Positions 19,922 to 28,786 of a stretch of DNA of 64,000 bases are shown in pieces. The notes beneath the pieces were generated by a model. The model was not told the DNA's origin and did no database searches. It saw nothing but the letters and a program-made list of their open reading frames with translations. The stretch's first letter is position 1; every line of letters starts with the position of its first letter. This stretch comes from Sedimentisphaerales bacterium (GTDB lineage: Bacteria > Planctomycetota > Phycisphaerae > Sedimentisphaerales > Anaerobacaceae), in assembly GCA_963708075.1 (NCBI GenBank), contig OY970194.1, positions 4,928,001 to 4,992,000 on the forward strand, written 5' to 3'. Position numbers and translations under genes: made by a program.

Positions 19922-21218
19922 TCCGGCGGCATACGCGACATCCTTGCGCCTCTTGGGTGCGCATAGGGCTAATCTCTCTCGGGACTTCAGGGGTAGATTT
20001 ATCCAATTATTTTTGGGTCTCAAGTACTACCAGAACGAGATTCCGAGCATGTTTGCCAACCAGTTCGTGTCGACTGAAACCCTCCAGACTCTTCTCGACG
20101 ATCTGTACGCAAAAGGATCTCGCCCACTTGATGATTGCGTTTTGATGCTCTTCAATAATGGATATAAACCACGAACTGGTCTGACCGGCCAGGGGAGAAG
20201 GGCACCGCAGAATACTTGGCGCAACAACTTCCACCTGCAGAAGGGCGTTGGATGTTATGCTCCTCCCCAAGACCTTTCGAGCGCGGTCTTCCTGAATCAA
20301 TCACGTGTCAGGTGCCGCTATTTGCAGCCTGCACAAAGCGGTGCTCTAGCAAACGCAACCTGCCGACTCTGTCCACGAGGCGCAAGGTACAGAAATGAAG
20401 ACCATAGAAAGTGGCTGCGGATAGACCCGGGTGGAGCTGGATTCGCTGTGGTTGATCTTCTGAACACGGACAATTTCATTCCCTACATCGCACCAAATGG
20501 AAACCGCATCCCCATTCTACCCCTCATCATTGCCTTGTACCATGATGCTCTTCCTGGCCTCGCTCTAGCATCGCGCCAAGAACTGGATGTTGATGACTTC
20601 GCAGATGATTTCAACTTTTCCCCGCAGGAGGTAGTGGCCTACTTTGACGGCGACCCAGCACATCCTGGAAACCAGAGCCTATTGCGCACCTTTGCCGACA
20701 TGTCGTATAGAGACCTTGGCTCAGGTATGGTCCTCCCTCGGGCGAGGCGCCGTGCGCTCGCTCTTACAGCGTGTCCAAGGGTCCGTGTCTTGGCTCCAAC
20801 TCTCTCGGGGACGCCAGCCCCGCCGCCGGGCGTGAACACAGGTTGGGAAGCAGAGCAGTTTGTGATGAGCGCTCTGATTCAGGCTCAATGCACAGTCTTT
20901 AATGTCTCCCGCCAGCGACTAGGGTATGATCTCCTGATCAAGAGAGGACAGCGGACATGGTATGTAGACGTGAAAAGTTCACTCGGCTACTGCAGTCCCT
21001 CGTTGACGCAGCGAGAGTGGGAACAAGCGAGAGCTCACGGTGATGCTTATGTCCTCGCAATTATCGAGAATTTCAATCCCGTGGCTTCAAATACCATCTA
21101 CTGGATTCCCGACCCTTTTGGAACTTGCACAGCAAGGGAATCATCTACTGTAAGCTACGGCATAGCTCGCACCTCTTGGGTGGTACACGCGGTTTCGCTC
21201 AACTCGATTTGGCGTTAG
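19905..21218 (+). CDS. Putative restriction endonuclease with C-terminal DUF3883/NOV_C-like PD-(D/E)XK domain
   Basis: GWEAEQFV...VS....GYDL.......VDVKSS......LT..EW..A....Y pattern; overlaps the MTase stop; N-terminus unrecognised, with several Cys. Confidence 0.7.
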   Translation: MIRVTNPAAYATSLRLLGAHRANLSRDFRGRFIQLFLGLKYYQNEIPSMFANQFVSTETLQTLLDDLYAKGSRPLDDCVLMLFNNGYKPRTGLTGQGRRAPQNTWRNNFHLQKGVGCYAPPQDLSSAVFLNQSRVRCRYLQPAQSGALANATCRLCPRGARYRNEDHRKWLRIDPGGAGFAVVDLLNTDNFIPYIAPNGNRIPILPLIIALYHDALPGLALASRQELDVDDFADDFNFSPQEVVAYFDGDPAHPGNQSLLRTFADMSYRDLGSGMVLPRARRRALALTACPRVRVLAPTLSGTPAPPPGVNTGWEAEQFVMSALIQAQCTVFNVSRQRLGYDLLIKRGQRTWYVDVKSSLGYCSPSLTQREWEQARAHGDAYVLAIIENFNPVASNTIYWIPDPFGTCTARESSTVSYGIARTSWVVHAVSLNSIWR

Positions 21219-21220
21219 AG

Positions 21221-21700
21221 CTAACCAGGGCGCTCGCACCGGGCCTTGGCTCTGGATGCTACGACCTTCCCGATGGCCTTAGCAACTAGCTGTGGCGAAG
21301 AGAGGATATCAGTCTCCCACACCCGGACAACCTTCCAGCCCAGTCTCGTTAGGCGTTTGTCTGTTCGCCGATCACGTTCCATGTTCGAGCGGATCTTTTC
21401 ACACCAATACTGGGCGTTGGTTCCTTCCATCAGCTTGCTTCTAAGTGTCCGCCAATCTCTTCCATGCCAGAAGTCGCCGTCGCAGAACACGACTGTGCGC
21501 GCCGCTATGAACACGACATCCGGCGTGCCAGGCACATTCCTGGCATTCTTGCGAAATCGCAATCCCATCTTGTGAAGTGTGCTTCGCAGTAGCACCTCAG
21601 CCTTGGTGTTCACCGCACGGTTGGCACGCTTAGCGCGTGAGCTTGCGAGCGATGCCGGCTTGAGTCCAATGAAAGAAGGGACGCGGCTTTTTGCTCTCAT
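21221..21700 (-). CDS. vsr: Very short patch repair endonuclease
   Basis: NTKAE..LR..L...GLRFR, PGTPDVVF, VFCDGDFWHG, YW..KI..N..RD and GWKVVRVWE motifs. Confidence 0.92.
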   Translation of the reverse strand: MRAKSRVPSFIGLKPASLASSRAKRANRAVNTKAEVLLRSTLHKMGLRFRKNARNVPGTPDVVFIAARTVVFCDGDFWHGRDWRTLRSKLMEGTNAQYWCEKIRSNMERDRRTDKRLTRLGWKVVRVWETDILSSPQLVAKAIGKVVASRAKARCERPG

Positions 21701-21954
21701 TTCCTACCCATTCGCAAGACTCTCTTGCACATCTCTGCACGCTGTGGCAACTCACTTGGCCTCGACCTTGACCAGCCAGTCTATCGCTCGTGCGTGGGAT
21801 TCTTCAATCATGGTTTCAGCCTTCGTAGCCACTCAATATCCCGCTATCACTAGCATGCTATCGCTTAGCAGAGCCGGTGTCCAGAGGGGCAACGGCGAAT
21901 GCCGAACAGTCATTTTCGGCGAGGGGGCGTGGGCGGAGCCGGTGAGAGGGAAAG

Positions 21955-22250
21955 GGAAGTTTGATTTCTGATTTTTGATGTTTGATTTGAAAACGGGGGA
22001 CGGGGGGACGCCCGAATGCGGAGTGCGGATTTCGGAATGCGGAATGGGACAAGAAATGTGAAGTTTGATGTTTGAAGTGGGAAGGCGGAGGTTGGGGTGC
22101 TCTGCGTCTTGGCGTCTCTGCGTGAGAGGATCAGTTGGCAGTTGCCAGTAGTCGGTTGCCGGTTGGGGACCTGGATTCCCGCCTTCGCGGGAATGACATG
22201 CACAAGGCAGTTTTCGCGTGGTTCGCGTGCTTCGCGGTTGAGGAGCAGTT
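21955..22250. repeat. Mosaic of heptamer tandem repeats and palindromic repeats
   Basis: TTTGA-based and GCGGAAT-based heptamers plus GGATTCCCGCCTTCGCGGGAATGAC. Confidence 0.7.
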
Positions 22251-22255
22251 GTCGG

Positions 22256-23014
22256 TCAGCGGTTCTTTTTCCATCGGGTCTTGCGGCCGTCGGTCCATTG
22301 GGGGCCATTAGGGAACTCGGCGTAGAGCGCCTGGCGGCGCTCGGGGGGCCATTCGTCGGGGAAGTTGAGGCGGGCGAATTCCCGGAAATTCAGGACGGCG
22401 GCACGGTCGTAGGCGCGGGCGGCCTCCTCCTCGATGTCGTAATAGCCGAGCGAGTGCGAGCGGCCGTCACACCAGATTCTCGCGAACCATTTGCGGGTCG
22501 GCTTGTGGTACTGGACGCCTTTGAAACGGGAGGCGCCGCCGATCATCTTGGCCTTGTTGCGGTGGTTCTCCTGGTGGGTGCAGTTGCGCAGGTTGCCGCG
22601 GAGGTTGTCCAGGCCGTTGCCGTCCGTGTGGTCGCAGACCCTGCCGGGAGGCGTCTGCATGATCTCGCGGTGCATGCGGATCGTTTTGCCGTTTTCGTGG
22701 CGGGCGGCGTAGCGACCGTCGACCAGGTGCCACTTGTACTTACTGAGCCACTCGTAGTCGGCGGCGTCGACGTAGGCGTAGAGGCCGCCGGCGACGGGGA
22801 TTCGCTTGACGGAGGCGTCGGCAAGGTCGGGGTCGGCGGGCCTGGCGCGGTAGTTGCGGCAGACGGGGCCCAGGGGCGTCGGCCGGGTCCGGCCGGGCGA
22901 GTCGGGGTGGTTGGCGCAGACCGGCCGGCTCGGAACGCCCGACGACAGGCTCCACATCCACTGGCACCGGTCCCAAGAGGCGAACACGCAACTGTGACAG
23001 GTCGGCTGGGCCAT
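22256..23014 (-). CDS. HNH endonuclease with AP2 DNA-binding domain and Cys-rich N-terminus
   Basis: MHREIM....CDHTDGNGLDNLRGNLR (HNH); SRFKGV....KWFARI......LGYY..EEEAARAYD.AA...F.EFARLNF (AP2); GGAG RBS. Confidence 0.88.
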   Translation of the reverse strand: MAQPTCHSCVFASWDRCQWMWSLSSGVPSRPVCANHPDSPGRTRPTPLGPVCRNYRARPADPDLADASVKRIPVAGGLYAYVDAADYEWLSKYKWHLVDGRYAARHENGKTIRMHREIMQTPPGRVCDHTDGNGLDNLRGNLRNCTHQENHRNKAKMIGGASRFKGVQYHKPTRKWFARIWCDGRSHSLGYYDIEEEAARAYDRAAVLNFREFARLNFPDEWPPERRQALYAEFPNGPQWTDGRKTRWKKNR

Positions 23015-23208
23015 GGTCTTCTCCCTTCCACTGAAGTATCAAGTTTGATGTTTGAATTTTGATTTTTGAAGTTTTCAGGGCGTCCCCGCTCGTCCAAAGG
23101 TACGTGCGAGGACGCACGACATGCAGAGACCCGTGACGTGCGACATTTCGTACATTCTACCCAAGCATGGTCAATTGGTCAAGCACAAAAGGAGGAAAAA
23201 GATGGACG

Positions 23209-23391
23209 GGGTGCGGTCGGCTTTCGGTGGCGGATTTGAGCCTCGGCGTAGGATGAGCGTCCTCGCTCGTCCCCCCTTGTCGTGCGTCTTCGCACGACGG
23301 TTTGAGCGATTGCCCGTGCTCCTCAGGGGCGAACGGGGACGTTCGCCCTACGAAGAGCGGCGTGGACTGCCACCATATTCCGACCGCACCC
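23209..23391 (-). mobile_element. 183-bp MITE (family M1) with 8-bp TSD
   Basis: Inverted near-identical copy of 13427-13609; GATGGACG at both 23201-23208 and 23392-23399. Confidence 0.9.
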
Positions 23392-23494
23392 GATGGACGG
23401 GCGACGGGGCGACGGCGGGACGCCGCGATTTGAAAAAGATTTCCAGATGATTTCAGGCAGATGTCACAACTTCCAGCCACAGAAGGACTTAGAA

Positions 23495-23845
23495 ACAACG
23501 AATCACACAAATGGTACGAATGAAAGACGGGCAAACAGAATTGGTGTAATTCGTGTGATTCGTGGTTCAAGAGTGGGTGGGTTCCGGCCCAAGGCCGGGC
23601 TGGGCAATCTGCGGATGAGAATCAGTTGGCAGTTCCCGGTTGAAAATCTGCGTTCATCGGCGTTCATCTGCGGTTGCATTTCTCCGTGTTCTCCGTGTCT
23701 CCGTGGTGAAGAAGCCTGGATTCCCGCCTCCGCGGGAATGACATTCAAGAGCAGTGTTCGCGTCGTTCGCGGTGAGAGAGGCAGGGGTCAGGGGTCGGGG
23801 ATCAGGGGGCAGCCTCAAATCGGTGTGAATCGGTGAAATCCGGGC
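23495..23845. repeat. Array of short 7-9-mer tandem/hairpin repeats and a second ATTCCCGC..GCGGGAAT palindrome
   Basis: TTCGTG, ATCTGCGTTC, CTCCGTG and CAGGGGT units; CCTGGATTCCCGCCTCCGCGGGAATGAC at 23715. Confidence 0.7.
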
Positions 23846-24007
23846 CGGAAATGTGCGGGCGATTGGCCCCGAGCGCCTTTCGCGGGAATAGCATGAGGGA
23901 AATCTGCGTGAATCCGTAAAATTCCGGCCGGTGAGCCTGACGGACCCGCGGAGGCCGGGATTTCGTGTTTCCGCACCCTGGGAGGTAATCAGCTTCCCCC
24001 CTATGGC

Positions 24008-24072
24008 TTGTAGAGTTTTATGGGTTGTTCTACAACATATAGGTTGACAGCCTGGCCGGAGTTCACTATCCT
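24008..24072 (+). promoter_or_regulatory. Sigma70-like promoter with upstream inverted repeat, ahead of the kamA operon
   Basis: TTGACA(24044)-17 bp-TATCCT(24067); TTGTAGA-N14-TCTACAA at 24008-24035. Confidence 0.55.
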
Positions 24073-24345
24073 GTAACGCCATGAAAGATAGGGGTTGCAC
24101 GGCAAAAGGTGCAAAACGGGTGCTTCGCCCGGGCTGTCGTGGGCTCCATATCGGAATTTTTTTTCTTTAAGATGATTGCTATGGAACATCAGGCCGTCAG
24201 AGAGCATAGTGTCGATGCAAATCGCTTTTCTCGGCGGTGTGATCAATTTCGTGAAGCCATCGTTGTTGGTGGTCGATTTCATGAGATTGTCGTAGTTGAA
24301 CGTGTAGTGAACAGTACCCAAGGAAAAAGAAAGGAAACGTGAATC

Positions 24346-25698
24346 ATGTCTATGTGCCCTGTGGGCGGAGGAGAAGACTCCTGTCATGTCGATACCTCCG
24401 TGTGCACGGGCGACGACGAGCCTCCGCTCATAGCCGTCGCACCCGCCGCGATTGAGACCATGACTTGCCGGCCCAACGGATGGGATGATTGGCGCTGGCA
24501 AATGGCCCATCGCATTCGAACCCCTCAACAACTGTCTGCGGCCTTTCCTCGCTGGGTGGGAGATCCAAACCTCGCTTCTGTGGCGGCCAAGTATCCCATG
24601 GCGATCACGCCCTACTACGTGTCGCTGATTCGCCGCGCGGATAGCTCCGACCCCATCTTCCAGATGTGCGTGCCGCAGATTCAGGAACTGACGGACCCGC
24701 CGTTCCTGAGCCCTGATCCCCTGGAGGAGTGTCATGACATGCCGGTCCCCGGGATGGTCCATCGGTACCCGGACCGCGCGCTGGTCATCGCGACGACCAT
24801 GTGCTCCGCGTATTGCCGGCATTGCACGCGCAAGCGAATCGCCGGAACGCGGGAGACCAGCATCACGAAACGGCGTCTCGAGCAGATTGCCGCCTACCTC
24901 AAGGAGCACCCGCAGATCAGCGACGTGATCGTCTCGGGCGGGGACCCGCTGACGATGAGCACGGAGAATCTTGAGATGGTGCTGTCGCGACTGCGCCAGG
25001 TCCCGTCGGTGCAGATCATCCGCATCGGCACGCGGGTGCCGGTGGTGCTGCCCCAGCGAATCACGGATGAGCTGTGCCAGATGCTGCGCAAGTACCACCC
25101 CCTGTGGATCAACACGCATTTCAACCATCCTCAGGAACTGACGCCGGAAGCGATACAGGCCTGCAATCGGCTCGCCGACGTCGGCATTCCGCTGGGGAAC
25201 CAGTCCGTGCTGCTGCGCGGCGTGAACGATCGCCCACAGATCATCGAGCAGCTCTGCCGCGGCCTGGTGCGCATGCGGGTCAGACCCTACTACATGTATC
25301 AGTGCGACCTCGTTCGCGGCGTGGAGCACTTCCGTACTCCGCTGTCGCGCGGCATGGAGATCATGGAGTATCTGCGCGGCCGGCTCAGCGGTCTGGCGAT
25401 TCCCACCTTCGTGGTGGACGCCCCGCACGGCGGCGGCAAGATCCCCGTCCTGCCGACCTACGTCGTCACGCAAAGTCCGACGCACACGGTGCTGAGGAAC
25501 TACGAGGGGATGCTGATCGCCTATCCCGAGCCGCAGGATCGTTGTCAAGGTCAGTGCCCGACGCCGCAGGAGGAATCCGCGCCGGGGGTCTGGGAACTGA
25601 CGGCGGGACGGTACAGCCGCATCCAGCCTGAGAAGACTCTCCGCCAGGCCAGACGCCAGACGTGCTGCGCATCGGACGAGTCTGTGGGGGATTTCTAA
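24346..25698 (+). CDS. kamA: KamA-family radical SAM/PLP aminomutase (lysine 2,3-aminomutase-like)
   Basis: WDDWRWQ, ITPYY, HRYPDR, CSAYCRHCTR, SGGDPL, RIGTR, HFNHP, NQSVLL.GVND, PYY and GGGKIP motifs. Confidence 0.92.
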   Translation: MSMCPVGGGEDSCHVDTSVCTGDDEPPLIAVAPAAIETMTCRPNGWDDWRWQMAHRIRTPQQLSAAFPRWVGDPNLASVAAKYPMAITPYYVSLIRRADSSDPIFQMCVPQIQELTDPPFLSPDPLEECHDMPVPGMVHRYPDRALVIATTMCSAYCRHCTRKRIAGTRETSITKRRLEQIAAYLKEHPQISDVIVSGGDPLTMSTENLEMVLSRLRQVPSVQIIRIGTRVPVVLPQRITDELCQMLRKYHPLWINTHFNHPQELTPEAIQACNRLADVGIPLGNQSVLLRGVNDRPQIIEQLCRGLVRMRVRPYYMYQCDLVRGVEHFRTPLSRGMEIMEYLRGRLSGLAIPTFVVDAPHGGGKIPVLPTYVVTQSPTHTVLRNYEGMLIAYPEPQDRCQGQCPTPQEESAPGVWELTAGRYSRIQPEKTLRQARRQTCCASDESVGDF

Positions 25699-25702
25699 GC
25701 AA

Positions 25703-26767
25703 ATGAGCAAGACATCACGCGGGACCAGCCCCGATCCTCGCCGGCGAGAGGACGCAGTGACGATCGGGCTGGTCTACGATTTGAGGGACGACTACCTCGC
25801 CGAAGGGTACACCGAAGAGCAAGTGGCCGAGTTCGACTCGGCGGCGACCATTGGCTGTCTGGAGCAGGCGCTGCGGTCTCTCGGCCACACGACCGAGCGC
25901 ATCGGCAACGGCCTGGCTCTTGCCAGGCAGCTCGCCTGCGGCAAGCGGTGGGACCTGGTCTTCAACATTGCCGAGGGCCTGACCGGACGCAGCCGAGAGG
26001 CCCAGGTGCCGGCCCTGTTGGAAATGTATGGGATTTCCTATACCTTCTCGGATCCTCTGGTCTCTGCGCTGACGTTGGACAAGGCGATGACCAAGCGGGT
26101 GATCCAGTCGGCGGGCCTGCATACGCCTCGTTTCGCGGTGGTGACATCGCCCGAGGAGGCAGAGTCCGTCGATCTCGGATTTCCGCTGTTCGCCAAGCCG
26201 CTGGCCGAGGGGACGGGCAAGGGAGTCGATGAGCATTCACGCATCGAATCAAGCGAGGCCTTGAAGAGGGTCTGCATTCGTTTGCTGGAGCGATTCTGCC
26301 AACCGGTTCTCGTGGAGGAGTACCTGCCCGGCCGGGAGTTCACTACAGCCGTCCTGGGGACGGGCCGTGATGCTGCGGTTCTGGGGACCATGGAGATCGC
26401 CATCCGCGAGAACGCTCCGGCCACCGATTATTCCTACGAGGTGAAGGAACTCTGCGAGCAGTGGGTCCACTACTTCCCGATGCCGCACGGGGCCCTGCGC
26501 GATCAGGTCGAAGACCTGGCCTTGAGGGCTTACCGGGTGCTGGAGTGTCGTGACACCGGACGCGTGGATATCCGTCTGGACGCCGGGGGCCGACCTGCAT
26601 TCATCGAGATCAATCCCCTGCCGGGATTGCATCCGACGCATTCGGATCTCCCGATGATCGCCACCCAGGAGGGCATGGCCTACGAGACGTTGATCGGCCG
26701 GATTGTTCAGAGTGCTCTTTCACACCGGGAGTCGGTAGCGTGCCACGCCAAAAAATCAGCGTCCTGA
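25703..26767 (+). CDS. D-Ala-D-Ala ligase-like ATP-grasp enzyme
   Basis: VFNIAEG, LDKAMTK, KPLAEGTGKG, EEYLPGREFT, RVDIR and EINPLPG motifs. Confidence 0.88.
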   Translation: MSKTSRGTSPDPRRREDAVTIGLVYDLRDDYLAEGYTEEQVAEFDSAATIGCLEQALRSLGHTTERIGNGLALARQLACGKRWDLVFNIAEGLTGRSREAQVPALLEMYGISYTFSDPLVSALTLDKAMTKRVIQSAGLHTPRFAVVTSPEEAESVDLGFPLFAKPLAEGTGKGVDEHSRIESSEALKRVCIRLLERFCQPVLVEEYLPGREFTTAVLGTGRDAAVLGTMEIAIRENAPATDYSYEVKELCEQWVHYFPMPHGALRDQVEDLALRAYRVLECRDTGRVDIRLDAGGRPAFIEINPLPGLHPTHSDLPMIATQEGMAYETLIGRIVQSALSHRESVACHAKKSAS

Positions 26768-28380
26768 TCCTGTACAACAGTCCACAGCCGTCCGGTCATG
26801 GCCAAGTCTTTGCTGAGAGCGAGGCGGGTGTTCTGGCCGAAGCAGGGGCCGTTGGCTCGGCTCTGGACAAGCTGCGGATTCCGCACCGGGCGGTAGGCGT
26901 GCGATGGTTCAGCGAGTTGCCCGCCGTCCTGGCTGCCGCGGATGAGCCGGTGGTCTTCAATCTCGTCGAAGGCTTCTGGACGGACGCGGGACAGGCAACC
27001 CTGGTTCCGACCGTCATACACAGCTTCGGCAAGGCCTGCACGGGCAATGATACGAAGGGTCTGCTCTTGTCACTCGACAAATGGCAGAGCAAAGCCCTGC
27101 TTCGGGCCGCAGGGCTTCCTACGCCTCAAGGTCTGATCGTCCAGCCGGGGCAACGCATCCCGGCGAAGGACCTGTTCGACGGTCCTTATATCGTCAAACC
27201 TGTGCAGACCGATGCCAGTGAAGGAATCGATAAGGCCAGCATCGTCCACAAACGCGGCAAGGCCCTGCACGAGGTCGTCCGTCGCATCCACGACCAACTG
27301 GCCCAGCCGGCATTGATCGAGCAGTACATCGACGGACGGGAGTTGAATATCTCCGTAATTTGTCGCGACGGCGAGCCGCAGGTGTTGCCTCTGGCGGAGA
27401 TTGACTTCAGTGCCTTTGAAGCCGGTCGCCCTCGCATCGTGGGATACGAGGCCAAATGGCTTGCGGACAGCTTCGAGTACAACCACACTCCTCGAATCAT
27501 CCCCGCGCCGCTGCCCAAGCGGCTGACTGAGCAGATCCGGGAACTGGCCGTGGCTGCCTGCCGGACACTCGCCTGCCTCGACTATTGCCGCGTGGACTTT
27601 CGCCTCGACAAGGCCAGCCGGCCCTACATCCTGGAGGTCAACGCCAATCCGGATATCTCGCCGGATGCCGGGTTTGCCGCAGCGTTGCAGGCCGCCGGGA
27701 TCTCTTACGAAACCTTCGTGAGACTGAGTATCGACAACGCCCTGGCCCGCGTGCCTCATGAGACTTCACGGCCGACTCGTCCGCGACGGACTCGCACGGC
27801 GAAGGCCCCCGGCGCCCCGGCCATTGAGATCCGCTGGTGCCGGCCCGAGGATCGCCAGGTGGTGCTATCCTTCCTGGCGGAAACGGGTTTCTTCCAGCCC
27901 GGGGAAATCGACATTGCCCGCGAGGTGCTGGATGCGGCGTTGGCCGACGGACCCCAAGGGCATTACCAGTCATTTGTCGCCTGCGTAGAGAGTTCGCAGT
28001 TGTCAGTTCCCAGTTCACAGTCGAGCCACAGCGAGAGCCAACTGTCAACTGACAACCGACAACCGACAACTGCCCCTGAAACGGTCGGCTGGATCTGTTA
28101 TGGCCCGACGCCCTGCACGATCGGGACCTTCGACATCTACTGGATTGGCGTAGCTCCTGCTTGTCAGGGACGAGGCATCGGTCGTGCACTCACGGTCTTT
28201 GCCGAGCAGGCGATTGCTCAGCGAGGCGGCCGGTTGCTGGTCATCGAGACGTCGAGCCGTGAAACGTACCACCCGACCCGGCAATTCTATTTGTCGATGG
28301 GTTACCGTGAGGCAGCACGCATAGCCGACTTCTACGGACCGGCAGACCACAAAGTTGTTCTCGTCAAGGAAGTTGGGTAG
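26740..28380 (+). CDS. D-Ala-D-Ala ligase-like ATP-grasp enzyme fused to a C-terminal GNAT acetyltransferase
   Basis: VFNLVEG, KPV..DASEGI, IDGRE, RVDFRL and EVNANPD; then YWIGV.P..QGRGIG, IETSS and FY..MGY. Confidence 0.88.
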   Translation: MPRQKISVLILYNSPQPSGHGQVFAESEAGVLAEAGAVGSALDKLRIPHRAVGVRWFSELPAVLAAADEPVVFNLVEGFWTDAGQATLVPTVIHSFGKACTGNDTKGLLLSLDKWQSKALLRAAGLPTPQGLIVQPGQRIPAKDLFDGPYIVKPVQTDASEGIDKASIVHKRGKALHEVVRRIHDQLAQPALIEQYIDGRELNISVICRDGEPQVLPLAEIDFSAFEAGRPRIVGYEAKWLADSFEYNHTPRIIPAPLPKRLTEQIRELAVAACRTLACLDYCRVDFRLDKASRPYILEVNANPDISPDAGFAAALQAAGISYETFVRLSIDNALARVPHETSRPTRPRRTRTAKAPGAPAIEIRWCRPEDRQVVLSFLAETGFFQPGEIDIAREVLDAALADGPQGHYQSFVACVESSQLSVPSSQSSHSESQLSTDNRQPTTAPETVGWICYGPTPCTIGTFDIYWIGVAPACQGRGIGRALTVFAEQAIAQRGGRLLVIETSSRETYHPTRQFYLSMGYREAARIADFYGPADHKVVLVKEVG

Positions 28381-28786
28381 GTGCGCGCAGTCATCTACAC
28401 CCTCCAGGCCATGTCCAGCGACCCCAAAGCCCGCGCGTCGAACGCCCCGCCCCTCTGTCATTTCCGCGAACCCCGTAGGGGCGAATCATCATTCGCCCGC
28501 ATATGTCCGACACGGATGCACACGGATTTCACGGATCCCCACTGATTTCAAACTGACCCCTGATCCCCGCCTCCGCACTCCGCACTCCGCGTCCCGCACC
28601 GGCTCCACTCACCCGCTGAAGATGAAAATAAGGGTTGATCCTCGAACACACTCTGTTTAATAGTATGGTGCCCGGAATTCCGTATACTGAGTGCTCGGAA
28701 GGCCGCGCGATGTAGTCGGGCACCGCTAAATGGGAGATGTCGGATTATTATATATCGGGGTGAAATCCGATTTGGGGGTATCCGCC

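Noticed and set aside
25703..28380. Calling the ATP-grasp genes ddl (peptidoglycan D-Ala-D-Ala ligase)
   Set aside because: They lack the N-terminal GG.S.E.EVS motif and the mur/dcw context; only the fold is supported.
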